This document shows positions 41,325 through 51,028 of a stretch of 64,000 bases of DNA, one piece after another. Location of the stretch: positions 448,001 to 512,000 of the forward strand of contig CAWBGA010000017.1 of assembly GCA_963788195.1 (NCBI GenBank), given 5' to 3'. The notes beneath the pieces are model-generated. The model was not told the origin of the DNA and searched no databases. It saw only the letters and a program-made list of their open reading frames with translations. Source of the DNA: Nitrospirota bacterium (GTDB lineage: Bacteria; Nitrospirota; Nitrospiria; Nitrospirales; NS-4). Position 1 is the stretch's first letter; each line of letters opens with the position of its first letter. A program made the position numbers and the translations under genes.

Positions 41325-42239
41325 CTACCTTTGGGTGTCCCCTGAAGAGAAAGGGGGAGGAGCGTTCTGCGAGCAACGAAAGCCTACGAAGGCGTTCCTG
41401 GTCTCAGGAAGCAGCTTTGTCGTGCGGCTCGCGGAAAGCAGATATACCGGCATGTCTGACCACGAGCCACCTCGCGTGACCTTGTACTGCCCGCGCAGGG
41501 GTCCTGGAGGATTTCCGGGGGGACTTTCTCGGTAGTACTCTCCGTCGTACCAATCTTGCACCCATTCCGCCACGTTGCCGGCTTGATCAAGGGTGCCATA
41601 GGGGCCTTGTCCCTTGGCGTAACTGCCTACAGGCTTGAGAGATAATAAAAATAAGAAATTGTCCACGTTGCCGGCTTGATCGAGGGTGCCATAAGGGCCT
41701 TGTCCCTTGGTGTAACTGCCTACAGGCTTGAGCAGGTCATACGAAAACTGTGTCCCTTGACCGAAGAGCGCCAAAGAGGCGCTCGGCCGCAGGTCGCCCC
41801 AGGGAAACTTTCGTTCGTCCTCGTCACGTGCAGCGCGCTCCCATTGAGCCTCGGTGGGCAACCGCCGCCCGGCAATTTGACAATACGCATCGGCGTCGCC
41901 CCAACTGACTCCGATGACCGGATGATCGGCGTGCTCGGGAAACTTTACCTTATCCCAGTTGACCGGTTTCTCCCAGCCTGAGGCTGCTAAAAACCGGGCG
42001 TACCGCTCGGTGGTCACCTCGAATTTGTCGATGTAAAAGGCATCCAGATACACCCTGTGCCGGGGCTGCTCGTCGTCCAGGCCTTCCCCTTCCGGCAGCC
42101 CCATCCAGAATTCGCCAGCAGGGACGAAAACCATGGGGGCTCCGTCTCTTGCCGTGATCTCCTTGGGGTGATCACCAACGGCCTGCACAGAATCCCACAA
42201 CCCGCATAGTAGGACCAGAATGAGACACCCATAACGCAA
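41325..42239 (-). CDS. formylglycine-generating enzyme (SUMF1/FGE-sulfatase) family protein with internal 31-codon insertion
   Basis: MVFVPAGEFWMG, RLPTEAQWERAAR, GNVAEW, RGGSW, GFRC; start uncertain (frame open to ATG 42401). Confidence 0.88.
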   Translation of the reverse strand: MRYGCLILVLLCGLWDSVQAVGDHPKEITARDGAPMVFVPAGEFWMGLPEGEGLDDEQPRHRVYLDAFYIDKFEVTTERYARFLAASGWEKPVNWDKVKFPEHADHPVIGVSWGDADAYCQIAGRRLPTEAQWERAARDEDERKFPWGDLRPSASLALFGQGTQFSYDLLKPVGSYTKGQGPYGTLDQAGNVDNFLFLLSLKPVGSYAKGQGPYGTLDQAGNVAEWVQDWYDGEYYRESPPGNPPGPLRGQYKVTRGGSWSDMPVYLLSASRTTKLLPETRNAFVGFRCSQNAPPPFSSGDTQR

Positions 42240-42240
42240 G

Positions 42241-42388
42241 AGGAAGAGGAATTTCCACGGGGTACCCCTTGCCTTCCCGTACAAGAGGCACGGGCAAAGG
42301 CCCCCGTCCTGGCGGGGCCAGGGTGTGGCGGGTGAAATGAGTACTCCAGGGCCGGGCGGGTGTAAAGAGGAAAGAGATGCGTCTTGGC
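42241..42388 (-). repeat. cluster D of the CCC-hairpin repeat family (nested)
   Basis: GGCCCC-GCCAGGAC-GGGGGCC unit (42289-42338) inside an extended unit. Confidence 0.85.
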
Positions 42389-42495
42389 TCCGTACATTCA
42401 TGAGATCAGTTTAGCATGGCGCGGCCTTGACTTCATTCCCCGCACGTCCCTATAGTAAGTACTTTCATGCAGCCTTGTGTGCCCCACGCAGTTTA

Positions 42496-44466
42496 ATGCC
42501 AGTGGCTTGGTTAGGTAGGTGCCAAGTCTTCCCGGCCCATATCTTGCTGGCGTTGCTGATCATCGCTCCCTGGATGGTCGAAGCGCAGACATCGTCGTCC
42601 AAGAAGCTCGAGACGCCCGCTCCTGCCCGTTCCGTCACGCCTCAGATACCGCCGCGGCAAAAAGCGCAACTTGATGCTGCACGGTCTCTCTTAGACTCCG
42701 GAAGACCTCAGGAGGCAGTGGAGGCCCTTCAGTCCTTCATCGCGACATATCCGGACAGCCGTTTGATGCCGGAGACCTATCGCCTGCTTGGCCAAGCTTT
42801 GGGCAGCATGCAAAAATGGGAACAGGCGAACGTCTACTTCCGGCGTCTGCTTGAAGAGTATCCCGACTCCGAGTTGCGCACGGAAGCTCGAGTGGGATTG
42901 GCAACAGGCCTGATCAAATTAGGTCAGTTGGAGAACGCTCTCCCGCTGTTACGGCAAGCGAACACGGAAGCCACGACCCCTGCGCTTAAACTGGGAATTT
43001 TACGACGCCTTGAAGAGGCGTATTTGACGAAACCCGATTATCCTCTGGCTGTCGAAGCGGCGCTTGATTCACGCCCCCTCGTTTCCGCGGAGGAAGGCCG
43101 GGCCATTGAAGACCGGGTTCTCAGCCTTCTCAATTCGAAACTCGGTGAGACAGACCTCCGGCGGCTTGCCGAGCGGTTTCCCGAAGCTTTCCCCGGCGAC
43201 ATGGCAATGCTCCGACTCCTGGAGCAGTATTCCGCAGCCGGCGAGGATTATAAAGTCACTCGTACCGCACGCGAGTTTTTCAAACGCTTTCCAAAGCACG
43301 AGCAGGTTGGGGCTGTCACGAGCGTTCTCACGACCCAGCGAAAGAAACTCAAGAGCTATGAGTTTCTGTTGGGAGCCGTTCTCCCACTCTCGGGTCCCCT
43401 CAGCCAGTACGGACAAGAGGTACTGAACGGCATCAGGATCGGTATGGAGCAGATCTCTGAATACGCTCCCCGCCCGACGATCGGGCTCGTTGTTAAGGAC
43501 ACCGAGGACGATCAAAAACAATTAATAATAGAATTGGACGACCTCTTGGAAGATTATCGGCCGGTTGCCGTGCTTGGCCCTCTCCTCACCAAGAATCTGA
43601 AAATAGTCGCCCCCGCCGCTGATGCGCGGGACATCGTCTTCTTCACGCCTACCGCGACCTATTCAGAAGTCCAGCGGCTTGGTCGTTCTTTGTTTAACGC
43701 CGGCGTGAATCATCGGGAGCTTGTTCAAGACGTAGCCGAACAGGCGATTGTCCGCTCAGGGTGGAAACGGCTCTGCATCCTCGCCCCTCAGGACGCCTAT
43801 GGAAATGAGATGCTGCGGGTCTTCGTCGACGAGATCACACGTCTCGGAGGGGAGTTGATTGCAAGCGACACCTACAACGCGAAGGATAATGATTTCGGCC
43901 CGGCGATTAAGCGCCTCAAAGCCGCCGACCTCAATAAATATGGCAAGTTGACAACAAGCGCGAAGAAGGGCAAGTCGGCTAAAAACTATACGCCTGGATT
44001 TGACGCTATTTTCGTGCCCGGGGATGTCGAGAAAGTCGCGCTGCTTGCGGGCCAGTTACATTTTCATGGCATGGCCGTCCCGATTCTCGGCACAAACGCC
44101 CTCAATTCCCCGGAACTGCTCCGGATCGGCGGCCGATCAGTCGAAGGCGCGCTGTTTGCCGATAGTTTTTTCGTGGACAGCCCGAATCCAGTCGTGCGAA
44201 ACTTCGTGGATCGCTACCGGGCGCGATTTCATGAGGCCCCTACCGCATTTGCCGCGCAAGCCTACGAGGCCACTCAACTCATTCTGGAGGCTATACTGAA
44301 GGGGGCCAGGACTGGGAAAGCCATCCGCGAGCGCCTGCAAGCAATTAGAAATGTCCAAGGGCTTTCCGGACCGCTCAGCATGAACCCCATGGGCTATCTC
44401 GAGCGGCGCTATGCGCTGATCCAAGTCAAGGGAGGGCGCTTGATGTCGCTGACCGATTCCCGATGA
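42496..44466 (+). CDS. TPR plus periplasmic-binding-fold protein (penicillin-binding protein activator LpoA-like)
   Basis: TPR segments (YPDS), LPLSGP, DAYG, FDAIFVP, AQAYEA; TTGACT-18-TATAGT promoter at 42427-42456. Confidence 0.8.
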   Translation: MPVAWLGRCQVFPAHILLALLIIAPWMVEAQTSSSKKLETPAPARSVTPQIPPRQKAQLDAARSLLDSGRPQEAVEALQSFIATYPDSRLMPETYRLLGQALGSMQKWEQANVYFRRLLEEYPDSELRTEARVGLATGLIKLGQLENALPLLRQANTEATTPALKLGILRRLEEAYLTKPDYPLAVEAALDSRPLVSAEEGRAIEDRVLSLLNSKLGETDLRRLAERFPEAFPGDMAMLRLLEQYSAAGEDYKVTRTAREFFKRFPKHEQVGAVTSVLTTQRKKLKSYEFLLGAVLPLSGPLSQYGQEVLNGIRIGMEQISEYAPRPTIGLVVKDTEDDQKQLIIELDDLLEDYRPVAVLGPLLTKNLKIVAPAADARDIVFFTPTATYSEVQRLGRSLFNAGVNHRELVQDVAEQAIVRSGWKRLCILAPQDAYGNEMLRVFVDEITRLGGELIASDTYNAKDNDFGPAIKRLKAADLNKYGKLTTSAKKGKSAKNYTPGFDAIFVPGDVEKVALLAGQLHFHGMAVPILGTNALNSPELLRIGGRSVEGALFADSFFVDSPNPVVRNFVDRYRARFHEAPTAFAAQAYEATQLILEAILKGARTGKAIRERLQAIRNVQGLSGPLSMNPMGYLERRYALIQVKGGRLMSLTDSR

Positions 44467-45215
44467 CGCAGGTCGGCTCCATACTTCACACGATCTCCTA
44501 TATGGCCCTTCCACTGCTCCTGGCCATGGTGCTCCACGAATACGCCCATGGACGGGTGGCCGCATACTATGGCGATAATACCGCGCAACAGGCCGGACGG
44601 CTCACGCTTAATCCCCTTGCTCACATCGATCCCTTTGGCACCATCATGCTTCCCCTGCTGTGCCTGATCTTCCCGACTGGTGTCATTTTAGGGTATGCGA
44701 AACCGGTCCCGGTCAATCAGTTGAATCTTCGCCATCCACGTCGCGATATGGCAATCGTGTCGGCAGCGGGACCGTTCATGAATCTTGTGCTCGCGATCGT
44801 AAGCGCCATGATCGTCGCCGGCATCATGTTACTGGATCCGACCGTAGGGGACGCGATCTCTGAGCGCGGCACGCTGGTCCCGCGGACCGACCTCGCCGGC
44901 ATGATCTTGATACCGGTGGCATGGATGACCATGTACTCAGTCCTGATTAATATCATGCTGATGTTCTTTAATTTGATCCCGATTCCGCCTCTGGACGGAG
45001 GCCGAATTCTGATGAATGTGCTCCCGGAGAAGCACGGCGCAACCTTGAGCCGTCTTGAGCCTTACGGGATGCTGATTATCTTTTTCCTCGTGGTAATGGA
45101 CCCCTACCTTCACGTGTTTCGCACTCTCATGAGTCCTGTCACTCTTCTGTTTCAAACCTTGCTCGGCCCCGCAACCACCCTCAGCACAGGCCTGCTGTCC
45201 GCGTTGGGAGCCTGA
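44463..45215 (+). CDS. site-2 protease (M50) family protein
   Basis: HEYAH, AGPFMN, NLIPIPPLDGGRI. Confidence 0.93.
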   Translation: MTQVGSILHTISYMALPLLLAMVLHEYAHGRVAAYYGDNTAQQAGRLTLNPLAHIDPFGTIMLPLLCLIFPTGVILGYAKPVPVNQLNLRHPRRDMAIVSAAGPFMNLVLAIVSAMIVAGIMLLDPTVGDAISERGTLVPRTDLAGMILIPVAWMTMYSVLINIMLMFFNLIPIPPLDGGRILMNVLPEKHGATLSRLEPYGMLIIFFLVVMDPYLHVFRTLMSPVTLLFQTLLGPATTLSTGLLSALGA

Positions 45216-45225
45216 GGATTCGCAC

Positions 45226-46206
45226 ATGGCGAAGCGCGTACTGAGTGGCATGCAGCCCAGCGGGTGCCTGCATTTGGGGAACCTCTTCGGCGCGTTGGAG
45301 AATTTTGTCCGGCTTCAGGCCGAACATGAGTGCTTTTACTTCATCGCCGACTGGCATGCGCTCACGACAAACTTTGAAGACACGTCGAAGATTCAATTTT
45401 ATACGCGGGAAATGCTCATCGACTGGCTCGCCGCCGGGCTCGATCCAGCGCGCTCGACCCTGTTTATTCAATCTCATGTGCCACAACACGCTGTTCTGTA
45501 TCTTTTACTCTCAATGATCACCCCCGTTCCGTGGTTGGAACGAAATCCCACCTACAAAGAAAAGCAGGAGAACCTGGACGGCCGCGACCTCTCAACCCAT
45601 GGCTTCCTGGGTTATCCGGTCCTGCAGGCCGCCGATATCCTGCTCTACAAGGGAGATTTGGTACCGGTCGGGATCGATCAGCTCCCCCATCTCGAATTGA
45701 CCCGCGAGATTACACGCCGGTTCAACGGGTTGTACAAGGCGATTTTCCCTGAACCCCAGGCTCTCCTCACCGAGATTCCCAAGGTGCCAGGCACAGACGG
45801 CCGAAAGATGAGCAAGAGCTATAACAATACGATCAACCTCTCGGATACGGAAGCCGAGGTCCGAGCCAAACTCAAGACGATGGTGACGGACCCGGCCCGT
45901 GTCAGGCGCACTGACAAGGGCAACCCCGATGTCTGTCCGGTCTTTACGCTTCACCACTCAGTCTCATCACAAGCTGTGATCGATCAGGTGAACCGGGAGT
46001 GCAGGACGGCGGAAATCGGCTGCATCGACTGCAAGAAGCTTGCGGCCGACGCGATTGTCGCTCGGCTGACTCCGATTTGGGAAAAGCGTCACCAACTCGA
46101 ACAGCAACCCAGGCTCGTGGACGAGGTGATCGCGAGCGGCGTCCAGCGGGCCAGCGCTGTGGCCTCCCAAACCATCCGCGAAGTCAATGATGCGATGAAA
46201 ATCTAG
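45226..46206 (+). CDS. trpS: tryptophan--tRNA ligase
   Basis: HLGN, YPVLQAADIL, VPVGIDQ, KMSKS. Confidence 0.97.
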   Translation: MAKRVLSGMQPSGCLHLGNLFGALENFVRLQAEHECFYFIADWHALTTNFEDTSKIQFYTREMLIDWLAAGLDPARSTLFIQSHVPQHAVLYLLLSMITPVPWLERNPTYKEKQENLDGRDLSTHGFLGYPVLQAADILLYKGDLVPVGIDQLPHLELTREITRRFNGLYKAIFPEPQALLTEIPKVPGTDGRKMSKSYNNTINLSDTEAEVRAKLKTMVTDPARVRRTDKGNPDVCPVFTLHHSVSSQAVIDQVNRECRTAEIGCIDCKKLAADAIVARLTPIWEKRHQLEQQPRLVDEVIASGVQRASAVASQTIREVNDAMKI

Positions 46207-46289
46207 ATGTCATTCTTTGTCATTCGGAGTCCTTCGCTGTCATCCTGAGAAGTGAAGGATCTCACTTTCGAGGCTCAGGACAAGCTCCG

Positions 46290-46759
46290 CAACCCACCCT
46301 GGAATCTGCCAGGACAGATTCCTTTTCCCATGACACCCGCCATTCCACCCTGCCCGCCCCGGCGCTGCCAAGACAGCGCCCTTTTCCCATGGCCTGGGAT
46401 GCGCCGGGACGCATTCCTTTTCCCCTTACACCCGCCCAGCCCTTAAGGCTGCCGGGGCAGACTTCTCTACCCCTTTACACCTTTCCAGCCCTGGAATCTT
46501 ATTTCACCCACCCACCCCAAGCCTGCATCGCACCCACCCTTCCCTCGGCATGCCAGAACATGCCGTTCGCCCATGCGACAGGCTTTTGACCCGTGGGACG
46601 CATTCCTTTTCCCCTTTGCACCCGCCCACCCTGGAATGCGCCGGGACGCATTCCTTTTCCCCTTTGCACCCCGCCATTGCACCCAGCCCACCCCGGCGCT
46701 GCCAAGACAGCGCCTTTTCCCGTGGCCTGGAATGCGCCGGGACGCATTCCTTTTCCCCT
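46290..46759 (+). repeat. cluster E of the CCC-hairpin repeat family (about 10 units, up to triple nesting)
   Basis: GGAATCT/AGATTCC, GGCGCT/AGCGCC x2, GG(A/G)ATGC/GCATTCC x3, CGGCAT/ATGCCG around GCCRRRAC loops. Confidence 0.95.
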
Positions 46760-46772
46760 GGCTTTCAGGAGA

Positions 46773-47839
<1,067 letters not shown>

Positions 47840-47852
47840 GGAACCAGCCAGT

Positions 47853-49049
47853 ATGAATCTCAATAAGGTCGTCATCGAGGATCTCGCGCTGAAAGGTAAG
47901 CGGGTCATCATTCGTGCCGACTTCAACGTGCCGCTCGATGAGACCGGCCACATTACCGACGACACTCGCATTCGCGGCACCCTCCCGACTATTAACTACG
48001 CCGTCGATGAAGAGGCCAAGGTCATACTATGTTCCCACCTGGACCGGCCCAAGGGACGCGATCCGCACTTTAGCTTGGCTCCTGTCGCCCGTCGCCTCCA
48101 CCGCCTGTTGGGGAAGGATGTCATGTTCGCCGAGGACTGTATCGGGCCCGCCACGGCGAACCTGGTGGCGAAGATGAAACCCGGGGATGTTCTGTTGCTC
48201 GAGAACCTACGTTTCCACGAGGGTGAGGAGGCCAACGACGAGGAGTTCGCCAAGGCCTTGGCATCGCTCGGTGACGTCTATATCAACGATGCCTTCGGAG
48301 CCGCGCATCGCAACCATGCGTCGGTCACCGGCATCACCAAGTTTTTGCCCGACGCCGGCGCCGGATTCCTGATGCGCAAGGAGATCGAATACCTTGAGGG
48401 CGCCGTCGCGAATCCCATGCGCCCCTTCGTCGCGATTCTGGGCGGCGCTAAAGTCTCAGGCAAAATCGGCGTCATCGAGAACCTGGGCAAGAAAGTAGAC
48501 AAGGTCATCATCGGCGGCGGAATGGCCTTCACATATTTGAAAGCCCTGGGATGGGAAGTCGGCAACTCACTGGTCGAAGATGGGATGCTCAAATTCGCCA
48601 AAGAAATCTATGAGCACGCGATCAGCCGGGGAGTAAAGTTTTATCTGCCGGTGGACTTCGTCGTGGCGGCCGGCATGACTCCGGGGGCTGAGACCAAGAT
48701 CGTTCCGGGTCAAGAGATTCCGAAGGGTTGGTACGGCTTGGACATCGGACCGGCCTCCGTGAAATTATTTACGGAAGCTCTCGGAAATGCGAAGACTATT
48801 CTATGGAATGGCCCCATGGGCATCTTCGAGCGAGATGCCTACTCGCGGGGCACCATGGCGGTCGCGCATGCGGTCGCAGATGCCTACGCCCTCACCATCG
48901 TCGGAGGCGCCGATACCGCGCTGGCAGTCCATCGGGCCGGCGTCTCGGAGAACATGTCATTCATCTCCACCGGCGGCGGCGCGGCGCTCGAGTTGCTCGA
49001 AGGCAAGGAATTGCCCGGCATTGCCGCGCTTCCAAACCGTCACACATAA
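47853..49049 (+). CDS. pgk: phosphoglycerate kinase
   Basis: RADFNVP, LLENLRF, NDAFGAAHR, ISTGGGA. Confidence 0.98.
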   Translation: MNLNKVVIEDLALKGKRVIIRADFNVPLDETGHITDDTRIRGTLPTINYAVDEEAKVILCSHLDRPKGRDPHFSLAPVARRLHRLLGKDVMFAEDCIGPATANLVAKMKPGDVLLLENLRFHEGEEANDEEFAKALASLGDVYINDAFGAAHRNHASVTGITKFLPDAGAGFLMRKEIEYLEGAVANPMRPFVAILGGAKVSGKIGVIENLGKKVDKVIIGGGMAFTYLKALGWEVGNSLVEDGMLKFAKEIYEHAISRGVKFYLPVDFVVAAGMTPGAETKIVPGQEIPKGWYGLDIGPASVKLFTEALGNAKTILWNGPMGIFERDAYSRGTMAVAHAVADAYALTIVGGADTALAVHRAGVSENMSFISTGGGAALELLEGKELPGIAALPNRHT

Positions 49050-49073
49050 CCCTCTCGCTGCAAGAGCCCCTGC

Positions 49074-49847
49074 ATGCTCCAGCGTCCACGGTTGATCGTC
49101 GGGAACTGGAAGATGCACAAGACGATCCCCGAGGCGCAAGACCTCGTCGATCGCCTGATTCAACTTGTCGGTGATGACGTTGGGCAGGGGGTTTCTATTG
49201 TCCTTGCTCCACCCTTTACTGCGCTCTCCACCGTCGCCCAGGCGATCAAAGGTCACCCCTATCTGTTAGGTGCGCAGAACCTCCACTGGGAAGACCGCGG
49301 AGCGTTTACCGGCGAGATCTCCGGCGGGATGCTCCGGGATGTGGGTTGCCGTTACGTGCTTGTCGGCCACTCGGAGCGGCGCCGGTACTTCGGAGAATCG
49401 GATGCCATCGTCCAAAAAAAAGCGGCCGCGGCCCTCCGTCATGAACTGCGGCCGATCCTCTGCGTCGGCGAGACATGGGACCACCGGCAAAGCGGGCGGA
49501 TGGAACCGGTCCTGTCTCTTCAGTTGGCCGAGGGCCTGGGAGGTATAGAGAAGCAGCAGGCTCACGATGTTGCGATCGCCTATGAGCCCGTATGGGCGAT
49601 CGGGTCTGGCCGGGCCGCAACCCCTGAGCAGGCGGCCGAGGCTCACCGATATATTAGAATCCAGCTTCTGGCGTTATGGGGTGACGATGCAGCGTGCCGG
49701 GTGCCAATCCTGTACGGAGGAAGCGTCGTACCGGAAAACATCGGCGAACTACTCGCGATCGCCGATGTCGACGGAGCCTTGGTGGGAGGAGCTTGCCTCG
49801 ATCCTGTGCAATTTGCTAAGATTCTTCGCATAGCGACGCACGCCTAG
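49074..49847 (+). CDS. tpiA: triosephosphate isomerase
   Basis: GNWKM, GHSERR, AYEPVWAIG, LYGGSV. Confidence 0.98.
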   Translation: MLQRPRLIVGNWKMHKTIPEAQDLVDRLIQLVGDDVGQGVSIVLAPPFTALSTVAQAIKGHPYLLGAQNLHWEDRGAFTGEISGGMLRDVGCRYVLVGHSERRRYFGESDAIVQKKAAAALRHELRPILCVGETWDHRQSGRMEPVLSLQLAEGLGGIEKQQAHDVAIAYEPVWAIGSGRAATPEQAAEAHRYIRIQLLALWGDDAACRVPILYGGSVVPENIGELLAIADVDGALVGGACLDPVQFAKILRIATHA

Positions 49848-49858
49848 GTTAAGGACAC

Positions 49859-50208
49859 ATGTACATCGCCTTGGTAATCTTACATGTTTTAGTCGCCTTC
49901 ATCATGGTCGGCGTGATCCTGCTGCAGTCAGGAAAAGGCGCCGAGATCGGCGCGGCCTTTGGTGGCTCGAGTCAAACCGTTTTTGGGTCCCGGGGGGCAG
50001 GAACCTTCCTCAGTAAGATGACGGCCATCGCTGCCACAATCTTCATGCTGACCTCTCTGAGCCTTGCCATTCTTTCCAAAAGGCAAAATTTCTCCTCAAC
50101 CATTGGCCTCGATAAGCCAATATCTTCGCCGGTCGCACCGGCTACGTCTCCTCCGGGCGTCCCCGCCCCGGCTCAGCCAATGACAGATCTCCTCCGCCGA
50201 AACCGTAG
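49859..50208 (+). CDS. secG: preprotein translocase subunit SecG (probable frameshift near 50188)
   Basis: ILLQSGKGAEIGAAFGGSSQTVFGSRG; as-read ORF runs into the next gene, TAG at 50206 in shifted frame. Confidence 0.9.
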
Positions 50209-50238
50209 AGCCCTGGATTCGAACTCGATAGGTAGATC

Positions 50239-50835
50239 GTGGCCGAAGTCGAACTGCCCGACCCCGAAGAACTCGAACACAAGAAAAGCAAGAGCTTTAC
50301 ACGGCGCGTCGCACTGACAACGGCCGTGTACGCGGTCGTTCTGGCTATCGCATCCTTGGGCGGCAATAACGCGACGAAAGAGATGCTGCTGGCGCAGCAA
50401 CAGGCGAGCGACCTTTGGGCGCACTATCAGGCCAAAAGCATCCGGGAGAACCAGGTGCGTGTGCAGAAACTCAGGCTGGAAGCAGATCTTATCGAGCGGG
50501 GCCCCGAGATGAAACCTGCCGGACGACAGAAGCTAGAGGGGCTGCTTCAGGAGTACGCCGATCAGGAACGTCACTTTAATCAGGACAAAAAAGAAATTGA
50601 GGAGCGTGCCAAGGATCGGGAGCACGAACGAGACATCTACCGCACGAGAGATCCCTACTTTGACTACGGCGAAGCTCTCCTTCAAATCGCGATTGTGTTA
50701 GCGTCGATCGCTATCCTGTCGAGTTCAATCCCCGTGTTTGCGCTTAGCCTGGTTATGGCGGTATGTGGAGTTGCCTTCACACTCAATGGCTTTCTTTTCT
50801 TCTTTCAGCTTCCGGCGATGCGTCTGTCGCATTGA
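50239..50835 (+). CDS. DUF4337 domain membrane protein
   Basis: ASDLWAHYQAKSI, ALLQIAIVLAS. Confidence 0.85.
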   Translation: MAEVELPDPEELEHKKSKSFTRRVALTTAVYAVVLAIASLGGNNATKEMLLAQQQASDLWAHYQAKSIRENQVRVQKLRLEADLIERGPEMKPAGRQKLEGLLQEYADQERHFNQDKKEIEERAKDREHERDIYRTRDPYFDYGEALLQIAIVLASIAILSSSIPVFALSLVMAVCGVAFTLNGFLFFFQLPAMRLSH

Positions 50836-50917
50836 GAATTGGGGAACCTAGCTGAGGGAAATCCGAGTCACTCGTGATCAAGCACAGGAAAGGCGGATTG
50901 CTTCTCCCGATATTAAG

Positions 50918-50963
50918 CCAGCCCATGCTCGCGATAGAGAACTAACCGCGAGACATGGGCTGG
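50918..50963. terminator. long hairpin between convergent genes
   Basis: CCAGCCCATGCTCGCG...CGCGAGACATGGGCTGG. Confidence 0.5.
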
Positions 50964-51028
50964 ATGCAGGACCCTCGTCCTAGGTTGTTAGCTTCGACCC
51001 ATTGAAGAAGAAACAACCCGCCAAGTTT

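Noticed and set aside
41570..41732. Diversity-generating retroelement TR/VR pair in the FGE (C-type lectin fold) gene
   Set aside because: Only 3 differences, not adenine-specific; both copies are internal and in tandem; no reverse transcriptase nearby.
46290..46759. CRISPR array interpretation of repeat cluster E (and C)
   Set aside because: No constant-length identical repeat separated by unique spacers; the variable parts are self-complementary stems, units are nested, and no cas genes are present.
50209..50240. tRNA gene downstream of secG
   Set aside because: No room and no cloverleaf; I recognised no tRNA or rRNA gene anywhere in the window.
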